From contig OZ024755.1 in assembly GCA_964016885.1 (NCBI GenBank), positions 24,118,001 to 24,182,000 on the forward strand: a DNA stretch of 64,000 nt. The letters are read 5' to 3'. The notes below the pieces were generated by a model. The model was not told the DNA's origin, searched no databases, and worked only from the letters and a program-made list of their open reading frames with translations. The translations under genes and the position numbers were made by a program. Origin of the DNA: Eledone cirrhosa. Its lineage: Eukaryota. Within the stretch, counting starts at the first letter, position 1. The number at the start of each line of letters is the position of its first letter. Shown one piece after another: positions 1 to 13,544 of this stretch.

Positions 1-959
1 TTAAACAATATCAGCAAGCTATAATGTAATCATAGTTGCGACATATGATGTTTCCTTGAAATCTGACAATGTCTCCAAAGTCTAGGTTAAGCACTAAGAT
101 GCTTGTTCTATGAATAGCTTAGGTTAAATCCTCATTTCATTATCTGTTTTTATCCTTTTATTCATATATTCTAAGCTTTTCTATGTTAATTATTGTGATA
201 AAAGACAAGTATTAGTTTTCTGTATTCAAACTTGTCTGACAAGTTTGAAATCTTTCTAATAACACTATCACAAGCAAAAATGCTTGCCAATAAGTGTTTT
301 CTATAGTTTCTAATGTTAAAAAAATTCTGAACTCTCTAGTAGTTATTGCTAGCAACACTGACCAAGTCAAAACATAAAGGCAAAAACAATTAGTACATTG
401 TATTCAATTGTTTTCATATTTTTAGGCCATGATAACAAATAAGCAAGCAACTATGTTGTGTTTAATTACCATTTCCATGAATTAATCATCAATAGAAATA
501 TGCCTGACAAACAATATGTTAAAAATATGAGAGCGAAAGAGAAAATATTAGTTTATGTAGTTATTGTCACAAAAATATAGATATATAATCAAGCATCAGG
601 CTATATATCAATAATAAAGTACTAACCATATCTTCATTATATTATTACTTTGTCTTAATATCTGCTCTAGATTATCTTTCATCATTAAATGATTCAGCTT
701 GAGCTCAATATAGAGCATTGACATTTTTCATTAATATATTTGTTATAAAATATTTCTCTTAGTATTTATTATGCCAGAAAACAATAATTAGGTTTCATTA
801 AGTAAATGCCTGATTTTATAAAGGCTGTTATTCTTTAAAAGTGAAAATGGAAATCAAGTATTATTTGTGCATTTCTTGTTCATTTGTGCATATCATGTAT
901 TTTTAAAGTATTCTAGATCGTCATCCTTTTACATCTGCTTTTTCAGGCTTGCATGGGTT

Positions 960-1420
960 GGACAGATTTTATCTAGCACAGCTTCCCTTGACCTATTCTG
1001 TTCCTTTGTCATCTCTGAAAGGTTCAGAATTTTGAGATCAGCTCTCACCACGTCTGCCTAAGTCTTTGTTGGCCTTCCTCTGTGGCAGCTTTCTTCCAGT
1101 AGGAACATCAGGTTCTTCTTCACCCAACCATCATCTTCCATAAACATCACAGCTCCATACCAGTGCAGTCTTCTCTCTTACTACATTTGATTCCTCTTGG
1201 TAACCCTTTATTGCAGCTTCCTTTCACTAGGATTTCTTGGCACTTCTTCACCCAACAATCATCATATACACATACCATGTCTTCTTCTTCACTTACTTAT
1301 TCTTGATGGGGTCGTGGGGGCAGAGTCCTCAAACACTCCTTCCAGCGGGTCCTGTCAGAAGCAACCATTTCTAACTGATCCAACTTGATCCCCAAGTGAG
1401 ATCAGGCAAGCTCATGGGTG
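960..1420 (-). mobile_element. Decayed RTE-clade LINE 3' fragments
   Basis: Minus strand reads RGRPTKT*ADVVRADLKILNL..; 1290-1410 matches the RTE-like copy at 51640-51795. Confidence 0.6.
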
Positions 1421-1485
1421 TTAGACAACTTGTCTAACCTATGCAAACATGAAAAATAGACGTTAAACTGTGATGATGATGAGAT

Positions 1486-1997
1486 CATCATCATCATCGT
1501 TTAACGTCCGTGTTCCACGCTTGCATGGGTTTGGACGGGAGTTTTCCCACTTGAGGCAAGAGTGATCGTCTTGCTCGCATAGGACTGTCTGGCGGGTTTT
1601 CTACAGCTGGATGCCCTTCCTAACACCAACCACATTTACAGTGTGGAACTGGGAGGTTTTTACCGTGTTACCTACACGATCACATTACAGCGTGGACTGT
1701 GTGTTTTTTTGTCGTGACACCTACACGACCTCATTTATTTCGGCCTGGATGTTGTGGCACCAACATAACTTTACATTGAAAGGGGCGGTGTGGATGGGGT
1801 GGGGGTGGTGGGACGGGGGTGTATTTTGTTAGAGATGCCTACTGGCTGTAGTAGGTTTTACTTTGTATTTAGGTAAGGCGGGTCTTCTCTATTACTGAGT
1901 ACCGCCAAAGGTCGCGGTCCAGTGACATTGTCTTGGAGAGGTGTAAGTGTGTGAGGTCGGAATTTATCAGCTCATCCCAGGTTTTTCTGGGTCTGCT
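1486..1997 (-). mobile_element. RTE-clade LINE 3' end with (ATG)n tail
   Basis: RPRKTWDELINSDL..MSLDRDLWRYSVIEK. The 3' UTR contains the GGAAGGGCATCCAGC block shared with SINE family B; another partial copy lies at 49661-49855. Confidence 0.7.
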
Positions 1998-2568
1998 ATA
2001 TGTATATATATAATTTATTGATGTGTAACGTTTAGTTATTATTGTTTCACTAGTTTGAACACTCAATGCCAAAGTGGGTCTGGTTGCCAATGTGGTATTG
2101 TATGTTTGGTATTACACCATAGTCGATATCTTTAAGAAGCAGTGTTAATGATAATAATAATGAGAAGGAACGAGTTATCAATATAACATCATTATGTTTA
2201 TTCCTGTGTGACTTGTGTTTTGCGATCAATGAGCTCAAGGTATGATCAATATTGATCAGGCTTGACTCCAGAATTGATAGCTCATCAGACTTATAGATTT
2301 CTTAATCCTTTTCTTTATTATTATTATGATATATAAGAACAGTGTATTGAGAGAGGCAGACGCCCTGCTTTGCAACATAGAGTTACGGCCCTTTACGTTC
2401 ATACTTCAAATCCTGCCGAGGTTAGCTTTGCCTTTCATCCTTACGGGGATTGATAAAATAAAGCAACAGTAATGCATTGGGGTCAATTTAATCAAGTTTC
2501 CCCTCCCCCAAAATTGTTGGCCTTGTGCCTAAATCATAAATTATTATTATTATTATTATTATTATTAT

Positions 2569-3400
2569 GGAAGAGCGACGACATACTTGGGGAAACTCTA
2601 GGCGTCGACGAAAATCAACTAGCCAATCTCTTCGGAAGAACTTTCGGGCCGGGGCCTATGGGCAATTTCCATAAATCCCTGGCCTGGCAGTGCTACCGAG
2701 GAGCTTTGCCAGTTCGGGATAAACTCTACAGGCATGGAAGTGCCATCAGCTGGGCATGTCCGAGATATGCGCAGGGCGACGAAACCGTCCTGCATGCACT
2801 CGTCCAGTGTCCGAGCATTGCTGACTTGTGGGTTTATGTTGAACACCTGCTGTCGCGTGTAGAACGGATCCAGCTATCAGCTGAGTCCCTTTAGCCAGGA
2901 AGGGCAGGCAGTTTTTATCTGTCTGGTGGCTATGGCGAAAGAGATAGTATGGTGGACACGTTTGAAAGGGCTGAAGACGAGCACTTACCTCTTCGGTGAT
3001 GCCCTGATTAACTTTTTCAAATTTCACTTGAAAAGGAAAATCAGGGTAGAGAGGGAAGTGCTCTCTTCCCAGCATTTTGTTGAAAGATGGGTGAGAGAGG
3101 CAAGAATGGCCCGAGTGAAAGGGCCTACTCTGAGTATGTGCCTGTAAATTGAAGGTGGAAAATTGGGAGAGGGCACTTGACCTGGTGGTCAGGGTCACTG
3201 TGGCTTTTTTTTTAATGGGCTTTCTCCACAATGGCCCGCAGAAGTCTCCCCCCATTGGGGAATTTTTCATTGTTCCTTTTTTGTTGCATCCTGTTTTTTG
3301 TTTTTTTTACATGCAGAAATGCCCATTTGTACCATCCTGTATTGTCCTGTACTGTCCTTAATGTCTTACTTTGTGTAAACCCTTGTGGTTAATAAAGAAA
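2569..3400 (+). mobile_element. Tx1/L1-clade LINE 3' end (C-terminal zinc-binding region), frameshifted
   Basis: CPRYAQGDETVLHALVQCPSIADLW is a CxxC..E..H..C-type motif with one Cys lost; ends in AATAAAG; flanked by (TTA)n. A related 3' UTR piece lies on the minus strand at ~62787-62950. Confidence 0.75.
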
Positions 3401-4149
3401 TATTATTATTATTTTTATTGGAGGGCGTAACACATGGCACTGATATTTATAGATACATCAGAGACTCAAATGAATGAAAACAATAACACCAATAGTAAAA
3501 TATAATTTAAAAAATAATTTTAAAAATAATTTAAAAAATAATTTAAAAAAAGTATAAAAAATAAAATGATAAAAAAGTAAAAAATACGGTTACTGATAAT
3601 AGTAGTAGTGGTGGTGGTAGTTGTAGTTATAATGGTGAGTAAGTGGATGTGTAAAATAGTGATGACAGTAATGATAACAATAACATGAAAAGAAATATGT
3701 ATATAAGATAGGAGAAATGTAGTGTATTGAGTTCATGAATTGGTGAAATAAAAATGCAAAAAGTACAAAAATAATCAGAGGATTAAAATAAAAAATAAAA
3801 AATGAAAAGTAAGAGATAAAGAATAAAGAATAAGGATTCAAGGATGAGACATAAAGGATACGACTAAGGATGGGGGAACAGTAAATAGACAAATAGAGAA
3901 TAAAAAGTGAAAGGGACAGTGATGATATATGGGTGATTAAGGTCAGGTAGATTGATTGTTTTATCTTAATGGAGGTGATGCGACTATAGAGAGAGAGTGA
4001 AAGAAAGGTTGGGAGATTCATGATGTTGATTTAATGGTCAGTTGGTCAGTTGACAGCTAATAACAGTGGAGTGGTGTGAAGTTATACATTTGAATCCGGG
4101 TGGTTCTGACTTAATATCAAGATTGCTGGATCGAATCATGCTGGTTGTG

Positions 4150-4470
4150 GTTTGAAGTTGGAGAATTTGGTGGCTGCTTTGTGCCTACAGAAGATTGTTC
4201 GTTCTATCTTGTTGTTAAGCAGCATTTTATTATATTTCAAAATATGGAGTAGCTCTATATTGCATAATCCGGAGTGGGACATTCAATTTTTGTAGGCCCT
4301 TGCACTCGATAACTTCGATCAGCCAATCTCATATTACTGGTTGATGTCCTTAAGCTGCCAGATCTTATTGGTCAGCGTTGTTGTATTCCCAATTCGCAAT
4401 TTTGAGTGATCAACAGCCTTTAGACTGGCCTGATCAATGAAATAATTGTTAATACTGTAAATAAAACTCT
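4150..4470 (-). mobile_element. Penelope-like element, GIY-YIG C-terminal remnant
   Basis: Minus strand TTLTNKIWQLKD..YEIG*S..ARAY..LCNIELLHIL..LLNNKIE, typical of a PLE endonuclease end; contains stops. Confidence 0.6.
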
Positions 4471-4847
4471 TTTGTATGGGCGACCATGTTTTTCTTCAAT
4501 CTTTCACTATATATATTCTAGGGCGGGTAAAATTCCCGAGATCCATGGACGAGTTCTCTCCAGCAGTCTGTCCTTAGGGCATCAACATATGTTAACCTTG
4601 GACTTCCTCTTCCAGTGTGTCCATGTAGGGGCTCCCACAGGAGCATTGAGTGCTATGTCAACTCTGGATGTCGGTGAGCATGTCCAGCTAACCTCAGTTT
4701 CCTCCGTGTCACTTTTGAGCTTACTATATATATAGAGAGAGAGAAGGGGAGATATGTATGTAGAGAGAGAAAAGAGAATGCCGTGCGTTTTCGATGTAAC
4801 AGAAAGAGGTAGATAGAGAGAAAGTTATGATGCCGCCCTCATCTATA

Positions 4848-5080
4848 TCATCATCATCCGGTGGCCTCAGCCGAAATAAACTCAACAATTGATCTCCACG
4901 TGGGTCTGTCGTTCATTGCTGCTGCCAAATCCTGGATTTCAATATCAGTATTTCTGGAGGTGACATCGGGATAGGAGAGCTGGCGCCCCCTGATATTAGT
5001 GACTGCTGGTGATTTCCAAAGTACTAACGGGGATACAGCCTCATAGGTGGCATGATGGTAGTGGCCAGCATCTCTTACCC
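4848..5080 (-). mobile_element. RTE-like LINE 3' fragment with (ATG)n tail
   Basis: AGHY..LVLWK..RGRQLSYPD..DLAAAMNDRPTWRSIV. Confidence 0.7.
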
Positions 5081-5299
5081 TCCTTTTATGATACAGAGAG
5101 CGAGGAAGTGCCAAGCGAAAGAGATGTACATAGATAGAGAGAGAAAACATCATTTGTTTAGAGAAAGTGTGTGAGTGTGACAGAAAGAGGGATTAGATGT
5201 CACCCTCATTTATATAAGGAGAGTGGGAGTACCACGCAAAAGAGATGTACATAAATAGAGAAAGAAAAGCAATGTCATTTGTTTAGAGAAAAAGAGAGA

Positions 5300-5338
<39 letters not shown>

Positions 5339-5396
5339 ACAGAAAGAGGAAGAAGACATTGCTGTCAACTACAATTATAATAAAAGAGGTACTTAC

Positions 5397-5570
5397 TTCT
5401 AAAACTGCAGGTAAGACATCTTCAACTTTTTCTACTAAACAATTTGATGCTCTAAACTGTAAAACATAGTCATTGTGGGCATTATAAAAATCTATTTTGG
5501 CAGCTTCTCTCCCACTTGTTGACATGATGTTAGAGTAACGTGTATAACTACTGTGATACTCTTTCTCTAA
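5397..5570 (-). CDS. Stacl: Exon D of F-BAR/Stac-like gene
   Basis: Poly-T acceptor ttttttttcag, donor GTAAGT; 174 nt, LEKEYHSSYTRYSNIMSTSGREAAKIDFYNAHNDYVLQFRASNCLVEKVEDVLPAVLE, containing the F-BAR AHNxYVL..LP.LL motif. No further exon was found, so the gene probably continues beyond the left window edge. Confidence 0.88.
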
Positions 5571-5632
5571 CTGAAAAAAAAACAAAAAAAAACTTATAGA
5601 ATAATGAGAAAAACTCAACACAAGAAAAGCTG

Positions 5633-6041
5633 TTAACCCTTTAGCATTTACATTACTCTATATTTTCACAGTAAAAGCTTTATCTCACATAATATCAAAT
5701 CTATGAGATTTTGATATTATTCATTTTTAGAACAATACCTTAACATTAGTATGAATGACCAGTTATGTCCAGTTTGAACAGAAAGAGGGGAGAGAATTCT
5801 GGTTGGATATGGCCGGTTTAAATGCTAATATGCAGCCAGAATTCTCTCACCTCTTTCTGTTCAAACTGGCCATAACCAGCTGCTCATACTTAAGTTAAGG
5901 TTTTGTTCTCAAAATAAATAATATCAAAATCTCGTAGATTCGATATTATACGAGATAATTATGTAGGATAATTATGTGAGATAAAGCTTTTACTGTGAAA
6001 ATATAATATTATATAGAGTAATGTAAATGTTAAAGGGTTAA
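5633..6041. mobile_element. Two piggyBac-type MITE copies in inverted orientation (family 1)
   Basis: TTAA-CCCTTTAGCATT left end and AATGTTAAAGGG-TTAA right end; the two ~200 bp halves are reverse complements. Confidence 0.75.
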
Positions 6042-6344
6042 AACAAAAATGCTGTCAGTGATGATTTTGGGTAAAATTTACCTCAAAGGACAGAAATCAG
6101 TGTTGACTCGCAGAAGTGATAGGAAGAAACATTACATTATTTAAGTGGATTACCAGTATCGGTAGAGTGTCAGAAAACATACTTTGTGGCCGTTCATGTT
6201 CTGAGTTCAAATCCCACCAAGGTTAGCTTTACCTTTCATCCTTACGGGGGTCGATAAAATACAGTACCCATTTTGCCTAATTTCTCCTCGTTTTGGGGCA
6301 CGTTTTTTCATGGGACTGTCATTTGGGTTTTTAGAGGTTGGCAG

Positions 6345-6406
<62 letters not shown>

Positions 6407-6487
6407 AGGTGAGTTTTATTGTAGTACAATAAAGCAATGCAGATATCGGATAAGAAGCACTCTACAGTTTGTAGGACTAGAGTATAC

Positions 6488-6795
6488 ATAATATATAAGA
6501 TCAAAAGATGGTTAAATGAGTTCCATGTATTTTATTATGCGCATTTCAAAAACAAATATCATCATGCAATAACATTTGTGTTTTCATCAGATAAAATAGG
6601 AGGACATGATATGAAGGTTAAAAAACACTTGTGGATATCTGTTGATTTAAAACTGCACTATCCACAAGTGTTTTTTAACCTTCATATCATGTCCTATTTT
6701 ATCTGATGAAAACACAAATGTTATTGCATGATGATATTTGTTTTTGAAATGCGCATAATAAAATACATGGAACTCATTTAACCATCTTTTGATCT

Positions 6796-6805
<10 letters not shown>
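6488..6805. repeat. Near-perfect inverted repeat, ~150-bp arms, ~21-nt loop
   Basis: Arms are reverse complements apart from a 3-bp indel, so the same peptide appears in both + and - ORFs. Confidence 0.95.
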
Positions 6806-6842
<37 letters not shown>

Positions 6843-6992
6843 TGTGTGTGTGTGTGCATATGTATATATGTATGTGTGTGTGTGAGTGTGTGTGTGTGTA
6901 TGCATATGTTAGAGTTTCATACACACAAAATTCTATGCACCTTGATATATATTTGAATGACAAAGTTTGATGAAAAAACTGCTTGGTCTTAC

Positions 6993-7145
6993 GTCCATTA
7001 AGTGGTCTTCAGAACGCTTAATAAGATCCTCAAACACATCTCGAAATTGGTACAGTTTATGGGCCTGACTTGTTTTATGTGTGGCTATCTCTTCCAAGGG
7101 TTTGTACACATTCTTGATAAGTAAACTGGCAACATCAAGATGCGC
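6993..7145 (-). CDS. Stacl: Exon C of F-BAR/Stac-like gene
   Basis: Acceptor cttattttttgacag, donor GTAAGA; 153 nt, phase 0/0, AHLDVASLLIKNVYKPLEEIATHKTSQAHKLYQFRDVFEDLIKRSEDHLMD (helical, coiled-coil-like). Confidence 0.87.
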
Positions 7146-7353
7146 CTGTCAAAAAATAAGTTTAGATATTGTTAAAGTATGATTAATAGAAATATACTCA
7201 GAAATAGATATGCATACAGGAAAAGAGAGTGAGGCAATTATATATATATATATATATAATCATACTTTACTATCCTGATGGCCTCCAAAAACAACGGTCA
7301 ATTTTTAAAAGGGGTATTTATAAAATGTCTATTTATAAAACTGTTATATATTG

Positions 7354-7418
7354 TATTTTGTCTGATGAAGGCATACCATAATGTAACTTGGTATCCTTGA
7401 AATATATATAATGAAATA
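7354..7418 (+). ncRNA. Minimal type I hammerhead ribozyme motif
   Basis: TATTTTGT-CTGATGA-AGGCATACCA..TGGTATCCTT-GAAAT-ATAT-ATA-ATGAAATA; stems I and II can pair; AUA triplet. Confidence 0.55.
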
Positions 7419-7623
7419 AATATGGTTTTAGAAATATAGTTTCCATTTATTAATATCGTATATATATATATATATATATATTTATTAAAATAACAGATTA
7501 AAGTTTAAGCAAAGAATCGCTGCTTTCATATATAATAAATATTTGCTCTAGTGTTCTTATATTTGATATATGGATTTTAGTCTTCACATTTATATATATA
7601 TTTGATATATATATATATATATT

Positions 7624-7680
<57 letters not shown>

Positions 7681-7906
7681 TGAATGCGTGTGGCTGAGTG
7701 GTTAGAGAATTGTATTCGCAATCGTAAGGTTGTGAGTTCGATTCCTGGACCAGGTGATGCGTTATGTCCTTGAGCAAGACACTTTATTTCACGTTGCTCC
7801 TTCTACCTGGAGTTGCGACCGATAGATAGTATTAGCAATTGGAAAGACCAACGGAAACATTGTTCCCTCGGTCCGATTTGACACAAAAGTCGATCGTTCC
7901 AAAAAA

Positions 7907-7940
<34 letters not shown>

Positions 7941-8112
7941 GAAATTGCTTTTACAGGATGAGAACTGTTTCATTTGAAGAAATCATTAGGAAAGCCTTCA
8001 AATAAAATAGTTCTAGTCCTTTAGAAGCCAGTTCTATATTAAATATTGACCTGGCATGTCTCACAATGGGACACCTCATCTTACCCATGCTAGCATGGAA
8101 AATGGACATTAA

Positions 8113-8143
<31 letters not shown>

Positions 8144-10308
8144 GTAAGGGTGAAAGGTGGACATAGAAAGTAGTAGGGAAGGCATATTGGCAAGGCTAGA
8201 TATAAATGTTGGCACACATTTATTTGAGAACAAAATAATGTTTATTAATAGTCGCCGAGGTTAACTTTGCCTTTCATCCTTATGGGGTTGATAAAATAAA
8301 GTACCAGTAATACACTGGGTAATTGCTGGCCTTGTGCCAAAACTAGAAACAATTAATATTAGTGAAGTGTAAAAGGTGTTTCCAGCAAGATATTGAAATT
8401 GCTACAGACAGTTACACATACAAATGTTCACATGCATGCTTGTGTGTGTTTGTGTTTTTAATTTGGTTCAATTATTTCAATTTTAGATACCAGGCACCTA
8501 TATAAATTCAACTGCACGTTAAAATAATCTTACTGTTATATGATTCAGGTTGATTCTATTAAATTTTACTCATACAAGAGAAAAAAAAGATACTTCATAA
8601 ATTTTATTATTTCAAATTCAATTTTATATAAATTATATAAAATTGAATTTGAAATAATAAAATTTATGAAGTATCTCTTATATTATAATGCATTTTACCA
8701 ATTGGTTTTGCTTTGTTAATTTTTTAAAAGTCATTCTATACATTTTATGTATTTATCTATATAAAAAAATAAACAGATTATTTAACTCTATTCAATTGTA
8801 TTTACGACAGAAATATATCGGCAACTAAAGTTTCATTTTTAATAATGTTTCTACTTTTGGTACAAGGCCAGCAATTACTCCAGTGCATTACTGGTACTTT
8901 ATTTTTCATTTTTAATAATAAAAACTAAATTGCTTAAATCTTATATTTCCTTGGCCATTCTTATTGAATGAGCATAATCAAGAAGTTGTTAGTAAAAGTA
9001 GCTTCCCTTTGTTGCAAACGATTTGTTTGTAGAGTTCTTGCTCTTGTTTATAAATGTAGCTTTGTCTAAGTTTTTTTATATACTTAACAACAATAACGTG
9101 CAGCAGTTTTCCTCGGGGCCAATTCCTTCAGGTGTTTGTCTACCTGCAAAAGAATCTATGATTCCTATCTCATAAAGGGCCAACTACTCTTTCAAACTTA
9201 ATTATCATTTTGATCCATTGTTATGAAATGAAAATTATTGTGTACAGTGCTCAGGTGCACTACAACTCATCAAAAGTGCATGTATAGTACACAGAATATT
9301 GTTTCTACTTTTTGGCACAAGGCCAGCAAATACCCCAGTACATTATTGGCGTTTTATTTTATCAACCCCTCAAGGATGAAAAGCAAAGTAAACCTCGGCA
9401 GAATTTGAACCCAGAACGCAAAGGGTCATAACTCTATGCTGCAAAGCATGGTGTCTGACGCTCTACCGATACTGTCAATACACCGTAGAACATAAAATAA
9501 TGTACAAAAGTCAGGAAAGCGAACAGTATATGGGTCATATTACACACACAAAGACACACGTGGGCGTGTGTATGGAGGGGGAAGTAGTGTTGGCGAATTT
9601 CAGGAAGCATGGAAGTTTTGAAGGCTGAAGTATCCCAACAGCTAACACCTTATGCAGGTAGTTTGTTCCATGCTTCAGCAATTCTGGAATATTCTCTTTG
9701 TTCCTTAATCTGAAACAATTCCAACTGAATGTAATTATAGTATTTGATCCATTTATGTGTGACTGGGTGTATTTTATCATGACACTAGCACTTCCACTTT
9801 TCAGAGTGTATTGGATGCATATTATTAAGGCACCAGAACTTTCACTTTACATTATGGATTGGGTGCATATTATCATGGCACCAACACTACAACTTTACAG
9901 TATGAATTGGGTACATTTGATCATGTCACCAGCACTACCACTTTACCTAGTGGGATGAGTGCAATACAGAATATAAATTATTGTGAATTTACCAGTGTAA
10001 TATATGATATAAAACAGTGAAAGTTAACAACAACAATTTTCATGTCAAAAATGTATCCATTGAATTTTGAAATAAATGTTTTACGTTTGAAAATATTAAA
10101 AAATGTAGTATTCCAAAATATATATTTCACAACACAGAAAGTGCAGCACTTTCTATAAACTTGGTTGGTGTCACTAAATTGTTTGGAGATGGTTGCTTCC
10201 AACAGGACTCTCTGGAAGGTGGGTCTGAGGAAACTGAATAAGTAGGAGATGAAGACAAAGACGAAGAAGACAAAGAAGAATTAAAGAAAGTATGAGAACT
10301 ATACAGAC

Positions 10309-10384
10309 CTGTGCATCATTTTCAGTCTCCTGAAATAAGGTTTCCCAAGCAGCAAAAATGGAGCTTGGACTATCAATTGGTGGT
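10309..10384 (-). CDS. Stacl: Exon B of F-BAR/Stac-like gene
   Basis: Acceptor ttaatcttacaacag, donor GTCTGT; 76 nt encoding (R)PPIDSPSSIFAAWETLFQETENDAQ, a typical F-BAR S..AW..L..ETE motif; phases fit both neighbours. Confidence 0.85.
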
Positions 10385-11142
10385 CTGTTGTAAGATTAAA
10401 TTAATAAATTAGATTAGATTGGTAGCAAAAAGCTAAAAGAAAAGTTTTAATATAATATGATTGAAGAATTGGGGAAATGTGAAAGAATTGATGAAATGAG
10501 ACAAGGCAGAGATAAATCTCTTAAAAAATATTATTAAACATTTTTCTATATATGTACCACAAACTAGAACTGAGGATGATCAGAAAGAACACTTCTATAA
10601 GATTTTCCTGCAAACTACCTCAATGATAATATACATCACAACTAGAATTGCAGATAAAGAGAAGGACCAGTTCTATGAGGTGCCCCAGCAAACAAGATTA
10701 ACCCTTAGATGACTGCATTTCCAATAAAATACACTATTTTAATTAATTATTGAAGAATTTCGAAGGATTTACTAAAATTATTAATTATTTCATTACTAAG
10801 ATAGTAACTTAATGTAAGTTTCTTATATAAAATTATGTTTGAAGATTTTAATTTAATTTAAATTGGAAACCTTTAAAATGAGTAGTTTTGGCTAGGTTGG
10901 TAACTAAAGGGTTAATGAATGTTTGAGTATATTTCATCCTGTACTTTAGTGTTTTGAGTTCAACTAGATTGACTTTGTTTTTCATGCCTCTAGCATCGAT
11001 AACATTAGTAACTGTAATGTATAAGACACTACTAGTAAAATTCAGTGAATGGGTTTAAATTTCAAATCTTATTACTTTATCCATTGTATGGTGACCAATA
11101 AACAAGGAAAATAATTTTGCTTATATCACATTATCTAATCGC

Positions 11143-11328
11143 TGGATTGGCAGCATCAGTAGAGCATCAGATACCATGCTTTGCAGCATAGAGTTATGGC
11201 CTTTTACATTCTGAGTTGAAATCCCGACGAGGCTAACTTTGCCTTTCATCCTTACGGGGTCGATAAAATAAAGTACCAGTAATGCACTGGGGTAATTGCT
11301 GACCATGTGCCAAAAGTAGAAACAATTA
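11143..11328 (+). mobile_element. tRNA-derived SINE family A (Nin/Deu-like central domain), representative copy
   Basis: Pol III-like boxes (GGCAGYATCRGTAG; TGAGTTCAAATCCC in the family consensus) and core ACTTTGCCTTTCATCCTTACGGGGTCGATAAAATAAAGTACCAG. Other copies: 2340-2545+, 6146-6270+, 8252-8355+, 8845-8905-, 9298-9486-, 14570-14673+, 18226-18430+, 18600-18784-, 19090-19275-, 21170-21290+, 41741-41845-, 42545-42726-, 50812-51030+, 51296-51458-, 53142-53520+ (tandem pair), 62058-62265-. Confidence 0.85.
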
Positions 11329-11698
11329 TCTAACTGACAGGCAAGTTCTGCTACTACTGTCAAGTCATAAATAATCGTCCTCCCACCCCGCTTATTAATT
11401 TGTCAGCGGGAGAGGGAGATAACTCATATGGCCTTGGCTGATGCAAGCTTCTTAAGACAATGCTAGAGGAATGGACTGGTCTATAAGCTAATTTGTTAAA
11501 AGAAACAGACATGTTTTGACCTTATCGCCTCAATGAAGTATACTCCTTTTGCAAGTTCACCTGACTCAGAATGGTCAGATAAAGATATAGCAAAAGGGAA
11601 AGAACAATGGGTTATCAATAATGTGTGTGTGTAGAGAGAGAAAGAGAGTGAAAGAGAAAGAGAGTGAAAGAGAAAGAGAGAGAGAGAGAGAGAGAAAA

Positions 11699-11731
<33 letters not shown>

Positions 11732-12178
11732 AAAAGAGTGAGAGAGAACTCTGGAAGGTAATATCCATAGGGGAAGAGCACTCAATCCATGGGACGAGTT
11801 AGGTAGAAGTGGTAATACTGTATGTATTTATATATATATATATATATCATCATTTCATTTTACGTCCGCTTTTCCCTGCTTGCAAGGGTGGGACGGGAAC
11901 TGATTCTGGCTTGATTTCTACAGCTGGATGCCCTTCCTAACACCAACCGCATTTACAGTGAGTGCTGGGTGCTTTTTTGCCGTGGCACCTACACGTCCAC
12001 TTTGCAGTGGAATGATAGGGAACCCAGTCCCTATCATCTCATTTCTACAGCTGAGTAAACTGGAGCAATGTGAAATAAAGTGTCTTGCCCAAGGAAACAA
12101 CACATCACGCGGTATGAGAATTGAACTCACAACCTTTCGATTGCAAGGCCAATGCTCTAACCACTAAGCCATGTGCCT

Positions 12179-12257
<79 letters not shown>

Positions 12258-12485
12258 TATTTTTTTTTTTTTTAATAACAGATTAAGTTTAAGCAAAGAA
12301 TCGCTGCTTTCACCCAAAGCAGCGATTCTTTGCCTAAACTTTAATCTGTTATTTTAATAAATATTTGCTCTACGGTTCTTATATATTTGATATATACTTT
12401 CCCTATCGAGCCCTCTATGGATTTTAGTCTTCAATTTTATTATTATTACTATATATATATTATATATATATATATATTATATATA

Positions 12486-12527
<42 letters not shown>

Positions 12528-13544
12528 GTGGTTACACAACAGTTAGTTCACCATACCGAGAACAATTGTTTCACCTTAGCGGATCTTCAACTCGTACTGG
12601 TCATCATATATAAATACATACAGTGTACCCCTGGCATAATAATAATAATGAAAATTATTGTGTACAGTGCTCAGGTGCACTACAATTCATCAAAGGTGTA
12701 TGTATAGTACATGGAATAATGTACAAAAGTCAGGAAAGTGAACAGTGTATGAGTCATGATATACAAACAAACACACACACATGCGTGTGCGAGTATGGAG
12801 GGGGGATATCAGGTGTAGTGTTGGCAAATTTCAGGAAGCATTGTTTAGGTGGAATTGTTTGGTGAACGAAAGTGCCAAGAGCTCTTCAGAAAAGAATTAA
12901 CAACATTTGATAGCAATGAAGCAAAAGATATTGTATAATGGGCGAAAATGTATTTGTGTGTCTGTTTACAACATGACTTCCCACTAATACATAATTCAGA
13001 ATATATTATTCTTTACACTATGATTAAAGTTAATCAAATCATATATAAACTTGAATTTCAATAGCCCATAGCAGTGGAGACTTCTAGTGTCCTTGACCCT
13101 AGGGCCACATTTCTATTCACTCCCATAGGCACAGAGTTGGCTACCTGCAGGTGTGGGCCCCATGAGCTGGAATGACTCTTCCAGTGCATCTTCCTCACTC
13201 TCCTCTGGGGTAAAACATCTCTATTCTGTACGAGGGGGCCGCAGGGCAACCAGCACTCAGGCCCCCATTTGCTCATAATAATGGGAAGAACAGGAGAGAC
13301 GGAGGCAGCTATAGTTGATTCCTTTGTGTTCAGACCTGGTGTATATGTATATATTTATTTACCACCACATGTTACATACATGTACAGATCTTAACCAGCA
13401 TATTACGATGTAGATATTATATTTATGTATTTTTTAGAATAACTCTACATATTTTGCACCATATATCACTTTCGGTTTTATAAAATGATTTTAAATTAAT
13501 AACAGTTTTAATTTTAAGACAGTTTAAAAGCTAATGAGTTTTAT

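Noticed and set aside
11928-12167. Recurring ~80-aa ORF MPFLTPT..LQLSKLEQCEIK (also at 56984 and 58733)
   Set aside because: Antisense translation of SINE family B copies.
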